Assembly (NCBI GenBank): GCA_963702575.1
Contig: CAVPCU010000008.1
Span: forward strand, 16,451 to 80,450
From: an uncultured Solirubrobacterales bacterium
GTDB taxonomy: Bacteria > Actinomycetota > Thermoleophilia > Solirubrobacterales > 70-9
Direction: 5' to 3'
Length of the DNA stretch: 64,000 nucleotides
Of the stretch, positions 8,574 through 17,684 are shown piece by piece (positions within the stretch are counted from its first letter, which is position 1; every line of letters begins with the position of its first letter). Made by a program: the position numbers and the translations under genes. The notes below the pieces were generated by a model that searched no databases, was not told where the DNA came from, and saw only the letters and a program-made list of their open reading frames with translations.

Positions 8574-11401
8574 CGATGCGCCCTGGCGCACCGCGCCGCC
8601 CGCACCGCGGGGGTGATCCGCTCGAGCTTGCCGTTTTGGCCGCCCAGGTCGACGATCGCGCGGTGGGTGGCGCCGCAGAGGTTCGTGCTGTTGACGAAGA
8701 GGCCCTTCTGGGCGCCCTGCATGTCGACGATCGCGCGGGAGACCGGGGCGTCGGGGGAGTCCGCGAGGCTCGCCCGCAGGCGCCCGTTGCGCGAGTCGAT
8801 CCGCACGTCGACCGCGATGTCCACGAGGCCGTGCAGGGCGAGGATCGCGTCGGGCAGGTTGTGGTCGGAGGAGCGCAGGTAGACCGGGCCTTCCAGCGGC
8901 TCGGCGAGCAGCGGGCTGAAGGCGCGCACGTGCCCGTAGACCGAGCCCGCGGGGCAGGCCGAGCCAAAGCCCTCCCCGGCGGCGAACTGCGCGCGAGTGC
9001 AGATCGTGCGGAAGTGGCCCTGTTCGATGAACTCCGAGTGGGGGAACTGCAGGGCGAGGTTGGCGAGGTTGGCATCGCCGGGCCGCGGCGTGTAGGTGGC
9101 GCGAAGCGCGGGGAAGCCGCCGCGTCTGGTGGCGCCGCGCAGCTTCAGGCCGAGCTTGGGCTTGAAGCCGAGGCTGGCGCAGCCCGCCGCCTGGTAGCGG
9201 CTGGCGAGCCCGGCGGGGGTATCGCCGCGCGGTTCGAGCGCCGTGCCGTCCCCCCAGATCGTCGAGAGCGCCTGGAAGGGTTCACAGGAGGTGGCGTTGA
9301 GGGTGAATTCGGGCCTATCGGCATAGACCCGCAGGTCCCTGACGTTCAGCGGGATGCCCTTGAGGATGTGGGGGATCGGATCGGAGGCGGCGCCGTCGAC
9401 TTCGCCGACGTGGGTGACCGGGTTGAGGCGAAGCGCCTCGCGCACCACCACCACCCCGGCGTCGAAGGGACCGGCCACGGCCGGGGTGATCGCCACGGCC
9501 GAGATCGGGTCGCCGTGGTAGGGGCCGGCCAGATAGAGCTTGCCGGGCACGTAGGTGAGCTGCCCCCCGACTCCCGCGCCGGCCAGGGTGCGGCCGATCT
9601 GCGAGGCTGCCGGGCAGCTGGGATCGTCCAGCTCTTCGGCGCCGCCGTGCGCTCCGCTTCGCCCGATCGCCCGCGCGATCCCCGCCTCGGGGCAGTAGGG
9701 GATGCCGGCCAGCTTGGGGACGACGCCGGGCGGCAGCACGAAGCTGAAGCGACCCATGTCCTGTTCGCCGTCCTTTCGCGTCAGGCGCATCACGAAGGGG
9801 CTGTATGAGCCGGCCTGGTTGTTGAGGGTGCCGGCTTCAAAGCCCGGGTGAAAGGGCGCGGCGGCGCTCGGGCAGGGGCCTTCGCCCGGCCCGCTGATGA
9901 TCTGAAAGGAGGAGGTCGAGGTGACCGGCGGGGCGCCCGAGCGGGGGTAGAGCTTGGCGAGGGTGTCGAAGCGCCCGCAGCCCGGCGGGCTGATCAGCGG
10001 CGCCCGGCCGCCTTCGCGGAAGTGCAGGCGGAAGTGGGAGAAGGGCAGCTGGGGCATGTCTTCGGCGCTGCTGATCAGCTGGCCGGTGCTCGGGTCGGGC
10101 TCGACCTTGAGCGGCTGCTTGACGATGATCCCCAGGTGGGGGCTGCGGATCACCACGTAGACCGCGATCAACGAGTCGCCGGCGAGGTTGTGGTAGGGCT
10201 CGGCGACATACAGGGCGCCGGGGAGCGGTTCTTCGACCAGCGGCGATTCGACTTCGATCGTGCCGATCCTGGAGGCTTCCGGGCAACCCTCGCCGGGCTG
10301 GGAGGTGAGGGTCTCCCGTTCGAGGTCGGCCTCGGTGCAGACCTCGAGGCCTTCGGCCTGGGAGGGGTTGAGCGTCATCCCCTTGGGGAGCGTGACGACG
10401 GTCTTCTCGATCTCCGACTGGGCGCGGCCCGAGACTGAGGTGAGGCCTTCGTCTTCGAGCCCGAGGGAGAAGTCGAGGCCCGAGGGGCTGCTCGCCGCCC
10501 TGCTCGTCGGCTGCGCGGCGCTCGAGGGCTTGAAGGAGAGTAGGCCGCAGCCCGAGAGCGCCGGGGAGAGCGCCGAGCCCGAGGACCTCTCGCCTTCCCA
10601 GGAGAGCGCTTCGAAGCTCGAGGCGAGCGGTTCGGCGCACTGCGTGGGCAGGGTCAGGAACGGCTTGGAGTTGGCCTGCACGGAGCACGATTTGCCGGTC
10701 GCGACGAACCTAAAGCCGGCGGCGCCGCCGGCCGGCGGCGAGTTGCCGAGCGGCCCGCAGGGGGTGCGCTGTTCGTCGTGGGCGGGGTCAGAGGGGTTGC
10801 CCCAGAGCTGGATCTTGGCGCCGAGCACGTCGACGACCTGCACGGTGTCGCGCGAGGCGGCGAGCGGCTCATACGGAGGGGCTTGGTCGAGGGTGATGTC
10901 GATGAAGACGTTCTGCGTGAGGAACCGGAAGCCGAGCCGCAGGAGCACCCCGGGCGGCGGCGTGAGGTTGAAGACCGGCACCGGTTCCCATGCGACTTTG
11001 GTCGATTCGGGGTTCGGCTTGACGCCGATGCCGGCGGCGCCGACCTGGGTGGCGACCGGGCAGGCCGGGGTGTACGCCGGAATTTCCACTTCCTGGAGGA
11101 ACTCGGCGGTGGTGCAGCGCGGGTAGGCGGTGGTGTCGCCGACCAGGCCGGAGGGTATGCGGGCGAGGAAGTCGCGCAGCCAGCCGCCGGGAGTGAGCGT
11201 CGCTTCGTCAAAGCCGACGTCGAAGCTGGTGCTGACCGCGAAGGGGTGCGAGCCGGCCTGGGCGGCCGGCGAGCCGTCTCCCGCTTCCGGGCTGATGGCG
11301 AAGTTGCCGACCGAGAAGCCCGCTGCGCCAGCCTGGGCCGGGGCGAGCAGCGCCAGGCAGACGAGGGCCCCGAGGGCCGCCTTGCGCGCGCGGGCGCTCA
11401 T
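8570..11401 (-). CDS. secreted protein of unknown function (943 aa) with an apparent two-fold internal repeat
   Basis: Long ORF with normal amino-acid composition and the signal-like N-terminus MSARARKAALGALVCLALLAPAQAGAAG. The ATG at 11401 overlaps the upstream stop (ATGA) and its TGA overlaps the downstream GTG. The motif QAGSHPFAVSTSF recurs as QAGSYSPFVMRLT mid-protein. Confidence 0.8.
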   Translation of the reverse strand: MSARARKAALGALVCLALLAPAQAGAAGFSVGNFAISPEAGDGSPAAQAGSHPFAVSTSFDVGFDEATLTPGGWLRDFLARIPSGLVGDTTAYPRCTTAEFLQEVEIPAYTPACPVATQVGAAGIGVKPNPESTKVAWEPVPVFNLTPPPGVLLRLGFRFLTQNVFIDITLDQAPPYEPLAASRDTVQVVDVLGAKIQLWGNPSDPAHDEQRTPCGPLGNSPPAGGAAGFRFVATGKSCSVQANSKPFLTLPTQCAEPLASSFEALSWEGERSSGSALSPALSGCGLLSFKPSSAAQPTSRAASSPSGLDFSLGLEDEGLTSVSGRAQSEIEKTVVTLPKGMTLNPSQAEGLEVCTEADLERETLTSQPGEGCPEASRIGTIEVESPLVEEPLPGALYVAEPYHNLAGDSLIAVYVVIRSPHLGIIVKQPLKVEPDPSTGQLISSAEDMPQLPFSHFRLHFREGGRAPLISPPGCGRFDTLAKLYPRSGAPPVTSTSSFQIISGPGEGPCPSAAAPFHPGFEAGTLNNQAGSYSPFVMRLTRKDGEQDMGRFSFVLPPGVVPKLAGIPYCPEAGIARAIGRSGAHGGAEELDDPSCPAASQIGRTLAGAGVGGQLTYVPGKLYLAGPYHGDPISAVAITPAVAGPFDAGVVVVREALRLNPVTHVGEVDGAASDPIPHILKGIPLNVRDLRVYADRPEFTLNATSCEPFQALSTIWGDGTALEPRGDTPAGLASRYQAAGCASLGFKPKLGLKLRGATRRGGFPALRATYTPRPGDANLANLALQFPHSEFIEQGHFRTICTRAQFAAGEGFGSACPAGSVYGHVRAFSPLLAEPLEGPVYLRSSDHNLPDAILALHGLVDIAVDVRIDSRNGRLRASLADSPDAPVSRAIVDMQGAQKGLFVNSTNLCGATHRAIVDLGGQNGKLERITPAVRAARCARAHR

Positions 11402-14400
11402 CGTCCCGCCCTCCGCTGGGCGCCGGCTCGGTGCTGGTGGCGCTTCGCGCAGTGCGCCCGGCCTTTGTGCTGCGACCTGCGGCGGCCCTTCGGGCAGCGC
11501 TTTTGCCCCGGCCGGGCTTCCACCGCGTTGCCCGCCCCCCGGAAGGCCGCCGAGGCCGGCGTCTGGCTCTCCGGCGCCGCCGGCGGCGATTGGCAGGCTT
11601 CCCCTTCGCAGGCCGCCGTGATCCCCGGGTAGGTGAACCCCCCGCCGGCCCGCGCGTCGTAGAGGTCGATCGAGCCCGGGTCGGGCGCCACGAGGCTCGA
11701 TTCGGTCGTGAAGAAGACGTCGCGGCCGTCTTCGGAGGCCTCCCAGAATTCCGATTCATAGGGGCTTTCGCCGCTCGAGATCAGATACAGGCAACCGCCG
11801 TTGGCCGCGAAGTAGGAGTGGCTCTCGCTGCTGCAGGAGCCTTCCCCCGGCGCCTCCCACTCATAGACGTCCATCTGGCCGTTCGTGTCGCGCGGCAAGA
11901 GCGCGTCGTAGGAGTTGAAGAAGAGGCGGTTGCCGTTCGCGGCGAGCGGTCGCGAGGCATACGGCGACTGCTCCCAGGTCGGCAGCCAGGCGGCAACCGG
12001 CACGTTCGTGTGACGGGCTTCGGCCCAGGGGAACAGGTAGGGCTGGCGCATCGAGGCCAGCGTCTTTGGCCGCTCGGAGCTCGGATTGCACGAGGCGCAG
12101 CGCAGCGCCCCGCTCGCCGCGTCGTAGACGTAGACCTCGACCGCCGCCCGGCCCGAGGCGGTGTCGGCGTTGTCATAGCCCGTCAACGGCGCGCGGGAGT
12201 CGAAGGCGATCGTCTCCCCGTCGGGGCTGACGCGGGTGGCGCGGAAGTAGGGCTTCGTCGCGGTGAGGCTGTAGGGAATTTCTTCGCCGCCGGGCTCCGT
12301 CTTCCCCACGTCGAACGGGCTGAGCCTGGCGATGAAGGCGTAGCGGGGTTCGCCTTCCCCGCCCGGCGCTTCGTAGAGGTAGAGGTTCTCGGCCCCCGCT
12401 TCGGCTTCCTCGCCCGCCCCGTTTTGCCCCGCGCCGGCCAGCGCTTCGCGCGAGACGAAGTAGACGCGCCCCAGGTCGCGCGAGGCGCCGAGGACGCCCT
12501 TCACCTCGGCCGCGATCGGCCGCGAGGCAGTTGACGGATCGGCCTCGTAGCGGCCGAGGTCGAATTCATCGAGCCTCGCCTGGCCGCCTTCGAAGTCGCT
12601 CTCGGTGTAGAGGGCCCGCGAGCCGTCCGCCGAGCCGTCCCAGAAGTAGGCATCGGCGGCCGCGCTGACCGGCACCGTGCAGGCCTTTTCCGCTTCCGAG
12701 CAGGCGCTGTAGGAGGCCAGGGGGACGGGGCTCGACGTGGTGCTCGAGGCGTTCTCCGAGAGGGTGAGCTTGCCTTCTTCGGCGCCGATGATCTTCGTGT
12801 CGGGCGGCACCCCCGGCGCTTCGATCGTCTGCCCGACCGCGAAGGGCTGGGGCCCCTTGGAGGTGATCGGCGCCGCTTCGGCGGTGAAGCTCGCCGCTTT
12901 GGAGAGCGTGAGGCTGGTGGCCGCCTTGCCGCAGGCCGGCGAGCAGGAGAGGATCGTCGTCCCCGCGGGGATCTTGCCCGGCGCGGCGAGCGGCTGGCCG
13001 GCGAGGAATTCGCCGAGCGTCGTTTCCTTCAGCGCCGCCGTCGCCGAGCCGGCGGTCAGTTCGGCGATGCCCGCGGCGGCGGTCAGCGAGGTCACGGTCG
13101 GCGAGCCTTCGGTCAGCTTGCCGGTGCCGCTCGCCCCCCCGGCGGCGAAGCCGCTCTGGGGCTGGGCGGGGTTCAGCCGCAGGTAGAGCGCCCCGGCGTT
13201 CCAGTAGACGCGCGAGCCGTCTTCGGAGACCGCGTCGGCGAGGTTCCATTGCCAGCTGCTTGATGCGCCGCCCCCCAGGAAGCCGCCCGACGGCGCCCCG
13301 CTCGGCCTCACGCTGACCAGATGGATCGCCCCGCCGAAGCGCTCATAGAGCTTCGTCCCTTCGCCCTGCGGCGCCTCTGCGGTGAGCTTTGCTTTGGCGA
13401 GGAAGAGCGCCGCCCGCCCGTCGGCCGAGACCCCCTGCACGCCTTCGTTCCTGTCCACGTAGAGCTTTTCGGTGCCTTCCGGCGGCTGCACGTCGGTCAG
13501 CGCTTCCAGTTCCCCCACGCTCGGGCCGCAGTTCTCCCGCCGGTAGAGGTTCGCGTAGCCGTCGATCCCCCCCGCCGGGGCCGGCGCCTGGTAGTCGATC
13601 AGCCAGCTCTGGCAGAGGTCGGGGGTGAAGGCGTAGAACTCGCGGAAGGCGTCGACCAGTTCGGGCACCACCCGGTGGCCGCTGAGCGGCGGGTGGATGC
13701 CTTCGTCGCCCCAGCCAGTCTCCGAGCGGCTCGCCAGGTACTGGTTGACGTTGGCGGCGCCTTCCAGCTCGCCGTAGGGGGCCAGGGTGGAGTAGGTGAT
13801 GCGGTTGCCGTCCGGGGCCGCCTCGGTGAAGCTGTCGGGATCGCCGCCCTGAATCGAGACCCGCACCACGTCCCCGCCGTTTTTGTCCACCGGGCTGACC
13901 ATCTCGTATGCCCGGCAGTCGGGCAGGAAGGCCGAGGCTTCGCTGCGCCGTTCCTGGTTGGGGCATTCGGTTTCCGGGGAGAAGGGCAGGTAGGTGGTGA
14001 GGGAGCGCTCGGGGCCTTCGCTCACGCAGCTCGCTGAGGGGTCGGTTTCGGGGTGGCAGTGGCTTTCGGCGAGGATCCGGAAGTGGTAGGTGGCTCCGGC
14101 GGTTAGCCCGGTGAGCTGGAAGCCGACCGTGTGGGCGCTGGGGGCGGCGTCGATCGAGCCTTCCGGGCTCACGTGTTCGTAGGGGCCCCCCCCGAGGCCC
14201 CATTCGAAGCGGTAGGTGGTGGCGGCGCTTTGCGGGTTGATCTGCGCCTTCAGGGTCGCTTCGCTTCCCGAGACGTCCTCCGACCAGCTGCCGAGCAGTT
14301 CGGGCCTCGAGACCGTCTGGAAGCTTCGGTCTTCGCCCTGGGGGTCGGCGGGGCCGTTGGGGTTGGCGGCGAGGAGGCGGTAGTGGTAGGCGGTTTCGGA

Positions 14401-16053
14401 AGAGAGGCCGCTGAGATCGGCATGCACTTCGGCGCTGGCGGTGCCGATTTCGGCCGGGGACTCGGCGCAGGGCGCCGAGCTGCCGTAGGCCGTGGTCGGG
14501 CCGTATTCGAACTTGCATTCGCTCACTTCCACGCCGTGGGCTTCGACCGTGCCGGTCAGCGTCGCCGTCGTCTCCCCGATCGCCTCGGCGGCGCCGCTGG
14601 CGACGTCGGGGAGCGGCGCCAGCGGGCCGTAGGCTTCGAGGGGGGACTGGGTGCTTCCCTGGTCTGCCAGGTAGACGCGGCCGCTCGCTTCCGCGACGGC
14701 GATCCCGCTGCGCGGGGGGCCGGATAAGCGGGTGATCGGCGTGGCGGGGCTCGATTCGCTGCACCCCGCGGCGTCGTAGTCATAGGTCCCGGCCTGTTCG
14801 TTCTTGGAGTCGCTGATCAGCACGTCGCCGTCGCCGGGGTCGACCGCGACCGCGGTCGTTTCCCCGCTGCGCAGCTGGCAGCGCGGCGCGCCGTTGGGTC
14901 CGAGCTCATAGGCGGGGCCGTAGCTAATGCCGGCAAACAGGGCGCCGGCGCTCGGCCCCGCCCCGGCGGCGAGCTGGCTGGGGCTTTTGACCGCGGTCGA
15001 GAACAGCGAGCCGTCGGCGTTCACCGGCGGGTTGGCGCTCGGCGCGTAGCGGTAGATCTTGTTTTCGCCTCTGTCGGCGACGAAGACCGAGCCGTCGGCG
15101 GCCACCGCCACCCCGTCAGGGCGGCTGGCCGAGCCGAAGGGCCCTTCGGCGCTGCCGCTCAGCTGGCCCAGGTAGGCGCCGGAGGGGGCGAAGACGTCGA
15201 CCAGGTGAAGGCCCGCGCCGTTCTTCTGGGTGACGTAGATGTCGCCGTCGGTAGCTCCGCCGGAGCTGTCGACGGCGATCTGCAGTTCGTTGGGGAAGGT
15301 GGAGAGCGAGGCGAAGCCGTTCTCGGGGGTCGCGTCGCAGGAGGCCGCTTCTTCGCCGCAGCTCTTGCCGCCGGGGCCTTTCCTGGCGTCGATGACGGCG
15401 CCGCCGAGCGCCGTGAAGGGGTCCGCTTCGCCGTTGGGCTTGAAGCGGTAGACGCCGGGGGCGCGGCCGCCGGCCTGACGGGCGACCACGCAGGCGCCGG
15501 CGCCGCTTTCGCGTTTGCAGGTCAAGAGGCCCAGCGGGGCCTTTTCGAAGGCGCCGCTGAATTCGATTGCGACTTTGCCGGCGTCGCCGATGACGCTGAC
15601 GTTGGCGGCGCCGCAGAGCGCCTTGAGTTCGGTTTCGATGCCTGCGACGACCAGGCCGAAGCTGGCGTGGTAGGCGATCGCGGCGGTCGAGGCGGCGGAG
15701 CATTTGCCGCCGAAGCCGCTCGGCAGGCCTTCCAGTTTGAAGGCGTCGCCTTCGCCGAAGCCCGAGAAGCTCACGACCTGCTTCTCGTTGCCGCCGGCGT
15801 CGAAGACGACCAGGTCGCCGTCGCCCTGGTGAACGGCGACGCCGTAGGGGCGGGCGAAGGTCGGCTGGCAGGGCGCTTCGCCGATCCCGGTGGGCTGACA
15901 GAAGGAGCCCAGGTGGCGATGGACGAGGCCCGCCTGGGCGGCTGGGACGGAGAGGGCGAGGAGGGCGAGGGTGGCCGCGCAGCCGCAAAGGCCTGCCCTG
16001 AGTCCTCCTGCCCGGTGGCTCTTACCGTGTCCCAGTCCGATCCTCACAACCAT
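11398..16053 (-). CDS. secreted 1551-aa protein: NHL-like beta-propeller, two Fn3-like domains, PD40/TolB-like propeller, Cys-rich basic tail
   Basis: Signal-like ...CGCAATLALLALSVPAAQAG. NHL-like strings: GVAVAADGSVFVADRGENKIYRY. Fn3-like: ATLTGTVEAHGVEVSECKFEYGPTTAYG and ATLKAQINPQSAATTYRFEWG. PD40-like: VSPDGETIAFDSRAPL and RDTNGQMDVYEWE. The true start may be the GTG two codons in (GGGAG 6 nt upstream). Confidence 0.85.
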   Translation of the reverse strand: MVVRIGLGHGKSHRAGGLRAGLCGCAATLALLALSVPAAQAGLVHRHLGSFCQPTGIGEAPCQPTFARPYGVAVHQGDGDLVVFDAGGNEKQVVSFSGFGEGDAFKLEGLPSGFGGKCSAASTAAIAYHASFGLVVAGIETELKALCGAANVSVIGDAGKVAIEFSGAFEKAPLGLLTCKRESGAGACVVARQAGGRAPGVYRFKPNGEADPFTALGGAVIDARKGPGGKSCGEEAASCDATPENGFASLSTFPNELQIAVDSSGGATDGDIYVTQKNGAGLHLVDVFAPSGAYLGQLSGSAEGPFGSASRPDGVAVAADGSVFVADRGENKIYRYAPSANPPVNADGSLFSTAVKSPSQLAAGAGPSAGALFAGISYGPAYELGPNGAPRCQLRSGETTAVAVDPGDGDVLISDSKNEQAGTYDYDAAGCSESSPATPITRLSGPPRSGIAVAEASGRVYLADQGSTQSPLEAYGPLAPLPDVASGAAEAIGETTATLTGTVEAHGVEVSECKFEYGPTTAYGSSAPCAESPAEIGTASAEVHADLSGLSSETAYHYRLLAANPNGPADPQGEDRSFQTVSRPELLGSWSEDVSGSEATLKAQINPQSAATTYRFEWGLGGGPYEHVSPEGSIDAAPSAHTVGFQLTGLTAGATYHFRILAESHCHPETDPSASCVSEGPERSLTTYLPFSPETECPNQERRSEASAFLPDCRAYEMVSPVDKNGGDVVRVSIQGGDPDSFTEAAPDGNRITYSTLAPYGELEGAANVNQYLASRSETGWGDEGIHPPLSGHRVVPELVDAFREFYAFTPDLCQSWLIDYQAPAPAGGIDGYANLYRRENCGPSVGELEALTDVQPPEGTEKLYVDRNEGVQGVSADGRAALFLAKAKLTAEAPQGEGTKLYERFGGAIHLVSVRPSGAPSGGFLGGGASSSWQWNLADAVSEDGSRVYWNAGALYLRLNPAQPQSGFAAGGASGTGKLTEGSPTVTSLTAAAGIAELTAGSATAALKETTLGEFLAGQPLAAPGKIPAGTTILSCSPACGKAATSLTLSKAASFTAEAAPITSKGPQPFAVGQTIEAPGVPPDTKIIGAEEGKLTLSENASSTTSSPVPLASYSACSEAEKACTVPVSAAADAYFWDGSADGSRALYTESDFEGGQARLDEFDLGRYEADPSTASRPIAAEVKGVLGASRDLGRVYFVSREALAGAGQNGAGEEAEAGAENLYLYEAPGGEGEPRYAFIARLSPFDVGKTEPGGEEIPYSLTATKPYFRATRVSPDGETIAFDSRAPLTGYDNADTASGRAAVEVYVYDAASGALRCASCNPSSERPKTLASMRQPYLFPWAEARHTNVPVAAWLPTWEQSPYASRPLAANGNRLFFNSYDALLPRDTNGQMDVYEWEAPGEGSCSSESHSYFAANGGCLYLISSGESPYESEFWEASEDGRDVFFTTESSLVAPDPGSIDLYDARAGGGFTYPGITAACEGEACQSPPAAPESQTPASAAFRGAGNAVEARPGQKRCPKGRRRSQHKGRAHCAKRHQHRAGAQRRAGR
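11649..11948. repeat. copy 2 of the 300-bp identical block (see 4202..4501)
   Basis: Same as 4202..4501, offset 7447. Confidence 0.85.
13860..15975. repeat. copy 2 of the 2116-bp near-identical block (see 6413..8528)
   Basis: Same as 6413..8528, offset 7447. Confidence 0.9.
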
Positions 16054-16103
16054 CTCCCTTTCGTCCCTGCCTGTCCCAGTTGCTTCTGCGTCTTCGAGGC
16101 CCT

Positions 16104-16135
16104 GGGCCGCGGGGCTTCCCTTTGCCCCGCGGCCC
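16104..16135 (-). terminator. intercistronic GC hairpin (12-bp perfect stem, 8-nt loop) between the 502-aa gene and the 1551-aa gene; possible attenuator/partial terminator
   Basis: GGGCCGCGGGGC-ttcccttt-GCCCCGCGGCCC sits in the 122-nt gap. There is no U-tract, so function is uncertain. Confidence 0.3.
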
Positions 16136-16175
16136 TTGGCCTTTGCTTCTCGCTAACTCGTGCTTCTTCTCGCTC

Positions 16176-17684
16176 CTATTCGAACTTCGCGACGAGCGAG
16201 TGGGCGGCTGACATCGGCACCGCGCAGCTCAGCGCGTGGGCGGTGCAGGTGCCGGCCGAGGTGGTCCAGGTGACCTGCGTCGTGCCTTTGTTCAGGGTGA
16301 CCGTGACCGGGACTTCTTCAGAGGCGAAGAATTCGGCTTTGGCTCCCGTGCAGGTGTAGCCGCAGTTGACGTTGGTCGGTTTGGTCTTGATGAAGCCCTG
16401 ACCGCCGCCTTCCTTGGTCAGGGTCAGCGTGTTCTTGGCGTTTTCGGCGTAGACCTCTTCGATCGAGGAATCCGAGTTGAACGCCGCGATCGCGCAGGTT
16501 TCGCTCGTCACGCCGTTGCAGGAGCTAGCCGAGCCGGTGCCGCCTTTGAATTCCACGAAGTGGAAGTTCTTGGCCGGCTTTGCTTTCAGCGTCAGCGCGC
16601 CTTCCTTGTATGCGGCGCTCGAGGAGACGCAGCCGTAGCCGCAGTTGACGCCTCCCGGGGAGGTCGAGAAGATCCCGTTGGGGTTTGACTTCTTCCCTTC
16701 GAGGCTCCAGACCTTGTAGAACTTGGCGCCGACCGTCTTCAGCGAGCCGGTCGCCGTGACCGTGCACTGGCGCCCGTTGACGCCTCCCACGTCGCAGCCT
16801 TTCCAGCTCTTGAAGGCATAGCCGGCGGCCGGTGAGGCGGTGAGGACGACGCTGCCTTCGGCAACGGTGGCTTCGCAGGAGCTCGGCGCGCTACCCGTGC
16901 AGCTCAGGCCGGCCGGATTGGAGACGACCGTGCCCTGCCCTTCTTCGATGTTGAGCTTGAGGTTGGGGGGCGCCAAGGCGCTGAAGGTGGCGCTGACCGC
17001 TTTGGCGGCCGACATCGTGACGATGCAGGTCGGCGGAAATCCTTCGGTGTGCGTTTCTTCGGAGTCGCACCCCGACCAGCTCGTGAACTGCGAGCCGGCT
17101 TTCGGTTCCGGTTTTAGCCGGATGACCGTGCCTTCGGCGAATTCCGCCGAGCAGGTCGGCGGGCAGCTGATCCCCGTCGGCGAGCTGGTGACCGTTCCTT
17201 CGCCGCTGCCGAGCAGCGAGACGCTCAGCCCGAAGGATTCGGGTTCGGCGTCGAAGACGTAGGTGACGGAGGCTTCGCCGCCTTCGCCGGTGATCAGGCA
17301 ATCGCCGCTGTCTTCCTCGAAAAGCCGACATTCGCCTTCTTCGACCACGTATTCGACGAATTCCGACCCGGGGGCCGGTTCGGCGTGCAGGGCGAGATAG
17401 GAGCCCGGCAGGACTTCTTCATCTTCGACCATTTCACCTTCGCAGACCCCTTCGGCGGGCGGGCCGCTGCATTCGATCGGCGGTTCGCCTTCGAAGGCGT
17501 TCCCGAATTTTTTTAAGTGTTCAACTTCTTCGCCCTTGAATCCAGACATCCCTCCGGCGCTGCTGACTTCGCCGCTGCCGGTGCCCGCGACGTGGACGGT
17601 CAGGCTGCCTTCCGCGAAGGCCTGGGCGGCCGGCACGAGCATCAAAGCCGCGAGGGCGGCGAGCAAGATGGTTAGTCGTCTCAC
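16176..17684 (-). CDS. secreted protein made of ~5 Cys-containing divergent InlB B-repeat-like domains (502 aa)
   Basis: Signal peptide MRRLTILLAALAALMLVPAAQAFA. Repeated pattern G-x-G-x-V-x-S-x-P-x-G-[IL]-x-C-x(n)-C-x(n)-G-S-x-F-x-x-W-x-G-C-x(n)-C-x-V-x-M, e.g. GEGTVTSSPTGISCPPTCSAEF...GSQFTSWSGCD. Confidence 0.85.
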   Translation of the reverse strand: MRRLTILLAALAALMLVPAAQAFAEGSLTVHVAGTGSGEVSSAGGMSGFKGEEVEHLKKFGNAFEGEPPIECSGPPAEGVCEGEMVEDEEVLPGSYLALHAEPAPGSEFVEYVVEEGECRLFEEDSGDCLITGEGGEASVTYVFDAEPESFGLSVSLLGSGEGTVTSSPTGISCPPTCSAEFAEGTVIRLKPEPKAGSQFTSWSGCDSEETHTEGFPPTCIVTMSAAKAVSATFSALAPPNLKLNIEEGQGTVVSNPAGLSCTGSAPSSCEATVAEGSVVLTASPAAGYAFKSWKGCDVGGVNGRQCTVTATGSLKTVGAKFYKVWSLEGKKSNPNGIFSTSPGGVNCGYGCVSSSAAYKEGALTLKAKPAKNFHFVEFKGGTGSASSCNGVTSETCAIAAFNSDSSIEEVYAENAKNTLTLTKEGGGQGFIKTKPTNVNCGYTCTGAKAEFFASEEVPVTVTLNKGTTQVTWTTSAGTCTAHALSCAVPMSAAHSLVAKFE

